From the NCBI GenBank assembly GCA_963662275.1, contig OY759316.1, positions 2,400,001 through 2,464,000 of the forward strand: a stretch of DNA of 64,000 nucleotides, written 5' to 3'. The number at the start of each line of letters is the position of its first letter. The stretch's first letter is position 1. Below the pieces are notes generated by a model that was not told where the DNA came from, ran no database searches, and was given only the letters and a program-made list of their open reading frames with translations. This DNA is from Candidatus Cloacimonadales bacterium (lineage in GTDB: Bacteria; Cloacimonadota; Cloacimonadia; Cloacimonadales; DAONDQ01). A program made the translations under genes and the position numbers. Positions 21,301 to 29,700 of this stretch are shown here, one piece after another.

Positions 21301-21649
21301 TAAGAGGGTTTATGAAAGAAACCTTGTCATCCAGCAAAGACTTGGTGACCAGGAAGGTATTGCTCATACGTATGGGAATCTTGGTAATATAGCTGCCGAG
21401 GAGGAAGATTGGACAACCGCTGTGTCCTTTTATGAAAAACAGCAGCAGATCTGCCATGAATGCGGAGATATTGAAGGTGAAGCCAAAGTCTGGTATAATT
21501 GGGGTATCCTGGACGCAGAATGCAATATGACGGAAGATGCCATTCAAAAGGTCAGCAATGCTCTCAACCTCTTCGAAAAAGGGGGATTTGATTTTTATAT
21601 AGATATAGTTCGAGATTATTTGGATGAATTGACGAAGAGTTTGGAATAA
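18314..21649 (+). CDS. Class III adenylate/guanylate cyclase fused to AAA/STAND ATPase and TPR repeats
   Basis: VLFADVKGFT, DKYEGD, GDAVNLASRM; Walker A GAGMGKT; Walker B LIFDDLH; GNPLFLEE; C-terminal TPR repeats. Confidence 0.92.
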   Translation: MLNNLSALLSRKDMFEPLGNNVPVEVLKEGENRFVSVLFADVKGFTAMSEKLEAEIVQHLLDQLMLSFSERIERYGGYVDKYEGDKIMAHFGSLAYLEQNSRRAVYAGLELIDVINKFNQIKTSIPELSSLDVDLAIRVGINSGMVATGKVGIKREGDFTIYGDAVNLASRMEENGVPLRVMVPASVKEELDGYFNFTFHGEISVKGKSKPISTWLVDSINHDHIARKLSQSAMIAREVELEQLRSIYHRNQDVIQTNSDHQPIDVIGISAGAGMGKTRLIREFCRNLPQNHILISEVSPVCQSPYASFSILLHSIFGLESDIHADEAKCLITQTMNSLMDLIPFDLVDEYTDTIPYLTYLAGFYTSDSFSSENREELVSHLNMSLLLLFKALALRSAEAGQALVLIFDDLHYCDEASLAAIAYLMKNIQRWQIEEEDSSARIMFILAWRDNYKLGNMIPPQVSLNTIMLKELNQDQIKQFIVQAFPEHSVPEHIQDSIIQNSIGNPLFLEEWIGMLRSQVASGEELDFNNMNVPNNIKSLLLSRLSCFDKNSIRLVQDASIIGMVFQKSILNQLEVILNASSDPGATLQRLLDIDYIEYAQQDNDVTEYAFRHQMLHQAVYDSILTTNKRILHRMIAEIIENTYTDVISQWYFLLADHYMIAKNREKSIHYLNKSEKLACSLFMNKKALYFCDKLLSLSDQEHHQDILLRKAALYLDMGNYLKANDIIDNLDLEIISNLQNRDAFILAKTRILMARDDLNIAREYLEENIPLLTSKTATDKAKMYLIDLHRQLADEPDFITTSNDLLVEFKDLPEMMASIENIIGLYYQNHSNYHQAIEYYDRAIQHAESHKIILRRTFHNKANALNALGKKTEAIANFHLDMNIARFLDDDSGCAQVTLDLGMLFLDMDDLDQVLKMLNESNALAHLTGNTKLQGQINYNFAVYHYKNEDLVQARYYLKKCLSICKKLSDISSISRAHDLLGDILYKEGNLAIAKRVYERNLVIQQRLGDQEGIAHTYGNLGNIAAEEEDWTTAVSFYEKQQQICHECGDIEGEAKVWYNWGILDAECNMTEDAIQKVSNALNLFEKGGFDFYIDIVRDYLDELTKSLE

Positions 21650-21651
21650 AG

Positions 21652-21787
21652 ATGAAAGCTAAGAGTTTGGAGTTCAAATGCCCTAAACAAATTATCATTG
21701 AATACCTGATTAAAAGGGCATTCGGACTTCAAACCCGACCTTTCATCATCGGTAGCGAAAACCTGTTTTCAGGGAAGTTCAAAACCG
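21652..21787 (+). repeat. Dispersed structured element, copy A (ATGAAAG...CTTTCAT stem plus CGGTAGCGAAAA...CAGGGAAGTTCA tail)
   Basis: Homologous to 38808-38941 and, in its outer frame, to 63248-63427 on the minus strand. Confidence 0.8.
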
Positions 21788-21846
21788 AGTAGTAAGCCCT
21801 TTCCTAGTAATTAACACAAAACAATATTTGGATAAACAGAGCAGAT

Positions 21847-21870
21847 GGGTTTACTACCGCAAACCCCTAC
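21847..21870 (-). repeat. GTAG-REP family 2, isolated copy
   Basis: Reverse complement is GTAGGGGTTTGCGGTAGTAAACCC; matches the copies at 62790 and 62842-62865. Confidence 0.75.
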
Positions 21871-22231
21871 GTAGTCCTCGTGGCATGTTGATCTCGACGA
21901 ATGATATTTAACATATTTAACATAATAAGCATTTCCCATCATAGGCATGATTGGATATGCTGTTGAACAAGCTCAAGTAGCAGGGTGATTTTGAATATGT
22001 ATTTGGAAATTGCTTTTTGAAGATTTCTTGGGTTGAATTGGATTTTTACAATTTTAGCAGAGTCTTTTACCAATGGAAGAGATGATTTTCTTTTCAGAAG
22101 TTATCAAATCACTTTGAGATCAGACTTTTTGTGTATGGGCTGATATTGTTTTCAAGTATTTTAGCAAATTGCCTGTAATATTTCGGTTGTTTCTATAATT
22201 TAGGCAAGACAATCCCGTCGGTAAAATTAAC

Positions 22232-23374
22232 TTACAGTTTACCGCCATCAAAGCAATTTGCCAAAAACAACAGCGACCAAGGCGGTGATCTTGGTTTTCC
22301 GGTAATTGAAGCATGCTGTGTCATCTTTGATTTGCAATTAGGGCAGAGGTCTTTTTCAAATTTGGGAATTACAAAAGTTTTAGCTGTCTGATTCTTGTCA
22401 TTAGAATCGGACTTTGCTGGGAAAAAGCTGTTGACCATCTCCCAGACAGATTTTGCCGCCGGACTGAGAAATCCGTAGTATCTGATTTTCTGAAATCCCT
22501 GCGGCAGAACATGCATCAGGAACTTATTGATAAACTCCACGGAGTCGACGCTTTTAAAGGCGAATTTAGCTGAACCTGCCGGCTTGTATTTAAAGGTTAC
22601 CAGCCCGTCCTTTTCCCAAAGGATGCGATTGTTGGTGATGGCGGTCCGATACACATAATTGGCCAAATAAGTCAGAGCCTCCCGACCTTTTCCGACGGGT
22701 CGGGAGTCTGTGACAAACTCTTTTTGCTGCCAGACTAGCGGGGATATCCGACCAAACAGATGCTGATTTTCCAGTCGAAGCAAATCACGGAATTTTGCCC
22801 GGTAAATCACCGAAAGAGCTTTGACCGGAATCAGGAACTTATTGCCTGCTTTTTGCCATTCCTTTCGTTCTTTATTCCAAGCTCCGCCGGGGACTATATA
22901 ATGAATATGAGGATGATATTCAAGCTGCCTTGTCCAGGTATGAAGTACCCCGGTAAAGCCTGAAACGCCACCGGCATATTTGGGATCTGAAAGCAATGTC
23001 TTTAAGGCTTCAGATGATGCTTTGAACTGAAGATCATAAAGCAGTTTCTGATTTGACAGGCATGTTTTGTGCAGTTCCCGGGGTATGGTGAAAGTTACCA
23101 TGAAGTACTTAACCGGCAGCAGTTTGGCAAGCTGCTTTTCCAGCCATTTCGCTGAATCATTACGGCCACACTTCGGGCAGTGACGGTTTTTGCAGGAATG
23201 ATAGGAATAATGCAGTTCCGCACATTCCTGGCATAAATAGACTTCTCCGCCCAGTTCAGGTGTCCGGCAAAGGAGAATATCTCTGATCGCTCTTAAATGG
23301 CTTTCCGGTGACTGGTTTCCATATTTTTCCAGATACTCGGACAGGTTGTTTTTGAGAATCCTGCTAAAATCCAT
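22232..23374 (-). CDS. IS91-family (Y2 HUH, rolling-circle) transposase
   Basis: Zn-binding CRT..LGG..YLCQEC...YHSCKNRHCPKC; VLHTW...HPHIHYIVPGG; YLANY (YxxxY); HVLPQGFQKIRYYGFL. Confidence 0.95.
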   Translation of the reverse strand: MDFSRILKNNLSEYLEKYGNQSPESHLRAIRDILLCRTPELGGEVYLCQECAELHYSYHSCKNRHCPKCGRNDSAKWLEKQLAKLLPVKYFMVTFTIPRELHKTCLSNQKLLYDLQFKASSEALKTLLSDPKYAGGVSGFTGVLHTWTRQLEYHPHIHYIVPGGAWNKERKEWQKAGNKFLIPVKALSVIYRAKFRDLLRLENQHLFGRISPLVWQQKEFVTDSRPVGKGREALTYLANYVYRTAITNNRILWEKDGLVTFKYKPAGSAKFAFKSVDSVEFINKFLMHVLPQGFQKIRYYGFLSPAAKSVWEMVNSFFPAKSDSNDKNQTAKTFVIPKFEKDLCPNCKSKMTQHASITGKPRSPPWSLLFLANCFDGGKL

Positions 23375-24247
23375 TTACATCTTATTCATCAGTTCATTGA
23401 TGATTTTACATGACTGCTCTCGGGAAACGTTAGTCAAATGCACGTATACCATGGTCGCTCTAAGACTTTCGTGCCCGAGCAAGTCTTTGATGATGATGAT
23501 ACTGACACCTGCTTCCAATAAATGTGTGGCATAAGAATGTCTGAGTGTATGACAGGTTACATGCTTAGGGATGCGTGTCTCCTTTAAGGCTGACTTCAGA
23601 GCTGACCGAAGAGTTTGGACAGAAATCTGGTTCGAGGTTGTCATTCTGTTAATATCAGCCTGTCTGGTGCTTCTGCTCGGGAATAAAAGCTGTCTGTTCT
23701 GATGGGTTTTCCAATATTCCCGGAGTTCCTGATACAATTTTTCAGGCAGAGGTATTGACCTGTCTTTGTTGCCTTTGGATTGCCTTACCGTGATGGTCAT
23801 CAATTCCCGGTTGATATCGGCTATTTTAATCTTGACTGCTTCCGAAATCCTTAATCCGCATTGATAGGTAAGAGTCAGTAAGAGTCGATAATCATAAGTA
23901 TGAATGCGGGAGATAAGCATTCTAACTTCGTCTGTGGTCAGAATCACAGGAAGTTTGTGCTCAATCTTTGCCTTAAAAAAGGTAAAATCCTCTTGCCTGA
24001 AACCAACAACATGGATGAAAAAAAATCTGATGCCATAATAGGCTGATTTTAAACTCTGAGGACTATAATTCTTGACGTTATGCAGGTAGACAAAATATGT
24101 TCTTACCTGTTCAATAGATAGTGTGCCGGGGTCTTGACCATAATATGATGCTAAAGAAGTGACTTGTCTGATGTAATTGTATTTTGTCTCTCGGGACACG
24201 CCTCGAAGATCAAGGCACTCTAAAAAGCGAACTTCGTATGATTCCAT
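23375..24247 (-). CDS. Tyrosine recombinase (phage integrase family)
   Basis: KLPVILT, YQCGLRISE, SKGNKDR, HTLRHSYATHLLEAG, LLGH...TMVY. Confidence 0.95.
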   Translation of the reverse strand: MESYEVRFLECLDLRGVSRETKYNYIRQVTSLASYYGQDPGTLSIEQVRTYFVYLHNVKNYSPQSLKSAYYGIRFFFIHVVGFRQEDFTFFKAKIEHKLPVILTTDEVRMLISRIHTYDYRLLLTLTYQCGLRISEAVKIKIADINRELMTITVRQSKGNKDRSIPLPEKLYQELREYWKTHQNRQLLFPSRSTRQADINRMTTSNQISVQTLRSALKSALKETRIPKHVTCHTLRHSYATHLLEAGVSIIIIKDLLGHESLRATMVYVHLTNVSREQSCKIINELMNKM

Positions 24248-24624
24248 ACTTACCTCCAGTTAATTTTGGGGGTAAGTATGCTTTTAGTGAGGGTTCAGTA
24301 TATCAATAGTTTAAATGCATGAAACACGAGTTTACTGCGAACGGTACTGCTGCTTGCAGCTTCGTTCAACAATGTGAAAATAATGAATTAAATTCATATT
24401 TAAATATTAATAATATACCTTGACTCAATAATAAAATCTACAATTATGCAGTTTGCTTGGTAGCTTATTGTTGCACTATCAATGATAGTAAACTAGGTTA
24501 CTTTAAACAAAAAAGGGCTTTCTTTCCTTAACCTGTTCGGTATCTCTGCCTGGAAATAGTTAAAACTGGAATTATCATAGAAATCCTAATTCAATACATC
24601 AGTGATTTGATCATAAAGAGGTTG

Positions 24625-26718
24625 ATGATGAAAATGATGCTTCTCATTCCCTTGTTTTTTCTGATAACGATATCTGTCTTTGCAGTTAGAACTGACCCCT
24701 TGAAATTTCATATCAGCAATCTTTCATTAACTGATATGGTTAATGGACCATGGATGTATGATCTTGATGATCCTGGAACGGGTTTGACAACACACGATGG
24801 AAATTGCTATTCACTAAAACCAGGTGCAAGTAACACTCATTTGAATGCATTTAAAAATTTGGAATGGTCTACATCAGGTACTCTGACAACTTCCACATTA
24901 TTGGAACATAGTATGCCGTCACTGATCAGTGGTGGAGATGTTGTCACGGTGACGATGAATCCATACGTACTTACTGGTTTTAACAAGGATAACACTGTTG
25001 ATCCATCACTGGCATGGAACATATATGGACAGGCTGGTGATCGTCGTGATTATTCGGGAGGAATTTGTCATTTTTATACGAATGGTGTTGAAAAAATGAG
25101 GATAGTTAATTGCACTATTGTTGCAAATAGTCCATATCAAAATGCCTCGCAGATACGTGCGCTTTTAGTAACAATGGGACCTCCCTATTCATTAGTAGCT
25201 GCTAACTGGCAGAAAGATGTCGGTTCCGGTGGGAATCACGATTTACGCGGGTGGGGTTATCTTGATTCCCCTAATACTGATCCTGCTTGGGCAGCAGTAT
25301 ATGCCAATCCATATGGAAATCAAGTTTTTTTTGATATCACTAATGTTACATATACATACGGACCACCTAACGGTCAGTACTCTTTTGATTTAGCAGTTGA
25401 TCCAGCAACTCATGAAGAAAATGTATCGATAGAGCAGGTCCCAATTGGCAATGATATTGATGTATCAACTCCTTCTTCAGAATTAGATACACATTTTATT
25501 ACAGCTATTAGTGGTGGTGCGACAAGCAACCTTAGAGGGTATACCGTTACTGAAGTTTTAACCGCTCCGGGGGGTATTTATCCTGCTGAAATATTAACTT
25601 ATGCTTCAAAATACTGGCAACTGAGTACAACCCTTGCCTCTTTCAATGCTGATATCACATTCAATATTGCTGGTTTGAATTTAGGTAACCAAAACTCGTT
25701 AAGAATTTTATCTCGTCCTTTTTACAGTAATTTTTGGACGGTCTATCCTTTGGGTAGCATTTCAATTATCGATGCTACTCATATCAAAGCACTCGGTGTC
25801 ACCAGCTTCGTTGAATGGACAATCGCTTCAATTGATTACCCTCCTCCTCTTTCGTCCCCCATTGTAACCGCCAGTTTCACTAATAATAGCATACAACTTA
25901 ATTGGGACGCTGTCTCAGGAGCTACTTCCTATAGGGTAGAAAGTTCAAATTATCCAGATGGAAATTACATTGCAATCGGACAACCCACTATTAATTCATT
26001 TCATCCTACAAATTATACACTTCCCACTGGAGATAATACGACGTATGTATATTATCGGGTAACGACTTCATCACGAAGTAGGGTAGAATCGGCACCATCT
26101 GAAACAGTATCCATCGCTATTACACGATTAGGAGTTGTTGGTTTGAACCTGGTCGGTGTTCCTTTTACTGCTTCATCGGCTTATGCATCATCTATAGCTT
26201 CAAATGGAAACGTTGATATGATAGCTAGCTGGGATGCATCTATGCAAAATTGGAATGTATCCACAAATTTGGAAGGATTTTTCGATAATGACTTTGAGCT
26301 TACTCCCGGTATGGTATGCTTTGTAAACAATACAGTTGCTGGTTCTTACTGTGCATTTTTTGACATTGGTAGTAATCCTACCTATTCTATCGATATTGTT
26401 CAAGGCTATAACTTCATCCGAATCCCATATTATACTCCTTATTCGGGATTTCTACTGAATTACTTTCCTGATAATCCTTATTGGGAGACAGATCCTGACC
26501 CTGATACTGATTCCCCTTATGAATTATATCTGATGATGAATTCTGCAATAGAATCTATCTCTCAGTGGGATGCAAATGAACAGTACTGGCAGCAATATCT
26601 CCCCAATAGCTTCAGCAATGATTGGGGTACCATACTTCCAAATCATTGCTACTCTATTTATTCTCCCGTGGCGATACCCAACTGGTTTACTCCCAGCCGT
26701 AATGGAGGTGTGAAATGA
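24625..26718 (+). CDS. Secreted protein with an internal FN3-like module; coupled to the next gene
   Basis: SD GAGG then ATG at 24625/24628; signal peptide; LNWDAVSGATSYRV...YYRVT; two WDA..Q.W repeats; ATGA overlap at 26715-26718. Confidence 0.85.
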   Translation: MMKMMLLIPLFFLITISVFAVRTDPLKFHISNLSLTDMVNGPWMYDLDDPGTGLTTHDGNCYSLKPGASNTHLNAFKNLEWSTSGTLTTSTLLEHSMPSLISGGDVVTVTMNPYVLTGFNKDNTVDPSLAWNIYGQAGDRRDYSGGICHFYTNGVEKMRIVNCTIVANSPYQNASQIRALLVTMGPPYSLVAANWQKDVGSGGNHDLRGWGYLDSPNTDPAWAAVYANPYGNQVFFDITNVTYTYGPPNGQYSFDLAVDPATHEENVSIEQVPIGNDIDVSTPSSELDTHFITAISGGATSNLRGYTVTEVLTAPGGIYPAEILTYASKYWQLSTTLASFNADITFNIAGLNLGNQNSLRILSRPFYSNFWTVYPLGSISIIDATHIKALGVTSFVEWTIASIDYPPPLSSPIVTASFTNNSIQLNWDAVSGATSYRVESSNYPDGNYIAIGQPTINSFHPTNYTLPTGDNTTYVYYRVTTSSRSRVESAPSETVSIAITRLGVVGLNLVGVPFTASSAYASSIASNGNVDMIASWDASMQNWNVSTNLEGFFDNDFELTPGMVCFVNNTVAGSYCAFFDIGSNPTYSIDIVQGYNFIRIPYYTPYSGFLLNYFPDNPYWETDPDPDTDSPYELYLMMNSAIESISQWDANEQYWQQYLPNSFSNDWGTILPNHCYSIYSPVAIPNWFTPSRNGGVK

Positions 26719-29700
26719 GAAGGATATTAGCATTATTCATATTCATTTTCACATTATCGTTTTTATATGCAGCAGGTCTTCCCCATTTAGTGACAGGAAC
26801 TGTTGTTAATTCCGGTACACTTACTCATCCCAGTTCTATTCAAGTAAAAATAAACTACCAGGGAAGTGACTATTATTGGCAATGGACGGCACAAGCAAAT
26901 ACCCTGAAAGGTTCATTATACAATTCGGGGACTGGAGAGTTTTGCATCCAAGTCAGCGATGTAAATAGCTATAACACAGGGAATGTAGCACAGCTTACAA
27001 TCAAGGGTAATGATGGCTCACAAGCTACAGCCAGTCTGACCAAATCATCGACTTCCAGAACATCTATTGGTACGATAGAAATTGGCACTAACACCAACCC
27101 AAATCTAGCCACAACCCCTATTCCTGCCAACGAAGCAACCAATGTATCTATATCCACAAGCCAAATATCATGGACATACGCACATGATGCTCTTTATACT
27201 GATCCGACAGGTTTTAAGGTATATTTTGATACAATCAGTCCACCTATAAATCAACTGACAAGTGTTACTGGAACAACGGGTACTTTTAGTTCACCGATTC
27301 CCCCTCTTCTGAACGGTACAACTTATTATTGGAAAGTAGTACCCTTTAATGGAGGTGGTGATGCCATAAACTGTCCCGTATGGAGTTTTACAACCATTCA
27401 AAGTACAGTTGCAAATATTGTCTTCAATCCACAAAGCGGAACATACCAGGCTGCCCAGTCTGTAATACTAACAACAACCACTTTAGGGGCAGAGATACGA
27501 TATACTCTTGACGGAAGCGAACCAAATGAAGCGTCAACTTTGTATAGTACACCAATCAACATTCCTTTGAATACTACAGTAATGATCAAAGCGAAGGCTT
27601 ATAAAACAAATTGGATTCCCAGTCTGACTTATTCAGCCTCCTATGTGGTTACAGGGCAAGTATCTTTAACCATGCCGGTATTCATTCCACCTTCCGGTAC
27701 TTACTCAATGCCTCAGCTTGTAACATTGAATACGATTACAAATCCAGCAGGTGCTGAACTCAGATATACAGCCGATGGTACAAATCCCATAACCTCGTCT
27801 CAACTATATTCATCTGCCATTCAGATTCCGGTAGGAACAACAGCATTAAAAGTGAAAGCCTTTCTAACAAATTGGCTGCCGAGCGATACAGAAACAGCAT
27901 TCTATACCGTAACGGGCATAGACGTAAACCCTTACCTGGCAACTCTACCTATTCCTGAAAATGGCGCAAGCAATGTGCCACTATCGACAAACCAGATATC
28001 CTGGTCATATGCGCATAATACATCTTACTCAGACCCAACAGGCTTTAAAGTCTATTTTGGTATGGATGCACTTCCAGGAACATATACGTATGTTGCTGGA
28101 AGTGTGGGTACTTTTTCTTTACCAGTAACGCTGGTTTCAGGAGGTCATTATTATTGGAAAGTCGTCCCGACAACAAGTGGTAGAAAACACTCATCTAAAC
28201 AAGAAGTTGAAACTCGAGGTGATGCTGTAGGAGCTGTTGTATGGGATTTTACAGCACATATTTTGAACCAGCCACCCACAATAGTTCTGCCAAACTCGTT
28301 TACGATCAACCAGAATGAAGTCACAACTATAGACTTTTCATCCTTCTTATCTGACCCCGATAGTGATCCTCTTACCTTAAGTGTGATTGGAAATAATCAT
28401 ATAAACGTAACCATTGATAACTTGATTGTCTCTTTCACACCTCAGACCAATTGGGTTGGGAATGAAAACTTAACATTCACGGTCAATGATGGTGTGATGC
28501 AAAACTTAAGGAATACTGCTTCAGATGTGATTACGATACAAGTCAGGAATCCACTGATTGTAGATTTTATGACCAACAGTACGTTAAATAACAATGTCGT
28601 TGCGAATGATCAGCAAACCATTTTAACCTTCAACACAAGCACTAATCTGCCATTAACTTCGTACCAATGGGATTTTAACAATGATGGCAATATTGATTCC
28701 ACATTACCTACTCCCACTTGGCTCTATACTTCTCCCGGAACAATGTCTGTTGCTTTAACAGCCAGCGATGGTATTCATGTTTCTACGATAATCAAATCAG
28801 ATTACATCAATGTCTTACCAGGTGTGCTAGTTCCACCCACGATAGAAAATAACAACGTGGTCTGGACTGAGGAAGGCGGTCCTTATAACGTCACTGGTGA
28901 AATGCTGTTCAATTCAGGGGCTAATCTTACCATTATGCCCAATACGCAGGTGAATATGCTGGTTGATAGCCTGATTGTCATCAACGGCAATATCAATGCA
29001 TCCAATGCCAACTTCACAGCCTATGGTGAAAACGGCTGGGGCGGATTGGTGTTGAATCCCTCCTCCACCAATAGTACGATCAGCGGACTGACTCTACTCG
29101 GTGCAGCAACGGGAATCACGATCAATGGCTGTAATCCAATCTTGAGTAATTTGAATCTAACCGGTGCTAGTTCTTTACGTACACCAACCACAGCAATTGT
29201 AATCAGTGGAGACGCTAATCCGGTCATTTCCAATATTCAAATAAATAATTTTGCTAGTGGCATTAAGGCAACGAATTCATCTGCAACGAACGTTGCTTTG
29301 AACATGAACAATATAAGCATACAACAGAATAACCTGGCACCTTCAGTAACGGATATCGGGATTGAACTGACAGGTAACTACTCAACTGAGATCGATTACA
29401 TTGATATTATAGGGTATCATGATGGTATCACCATTACAGGTGTAGATGCAGCAGCACGGCAGGCAAGACTGACAAATGTACGCGTCATTCGTACGGAAGC
29501 CAGTTCCCGTGATCTTGGAAAGGCGATCTTCATCAACAATATGAACAACATCTTTATAGAAAACGATTCTCTTTCAGGATTCAGCACGGGAATTGAAATC
29601 GCCAATAACACAACAACCCAGGCAATTGTAAATATTTCAAATACAGCAATCAATAAATCTCCAGCACAGACTCTCACTGATATTGCCGTTAAAATTACCG

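Larger units (their letters stand above)
21961..24371 (-). mobile_element. IS91-family element carrying a tyrosine recombinase and a Y2 transposase
   Basis: Two adjacent genes; ends TGTTGAACAAGC (21961) and GCTTCGTTCAACA (ending 24371) are inverted; no TSD visible. Confidence 0.75.

Noticed and set aside
21915..21942. dif-like Xer site next to the IS91 element
   Set aside because: ATTTAACATAA matches a XerD arm, but the partner arm 6 bp away (TTTCCCATCAT) is a poor XerC match and the region is AT-rich.
23375..24247. Integron integrase or prophage integrase
   Set aside because: No IntI-specific insertion, attC array or phage genes were recognised; the gene directly abuts the IS91-type transposase.
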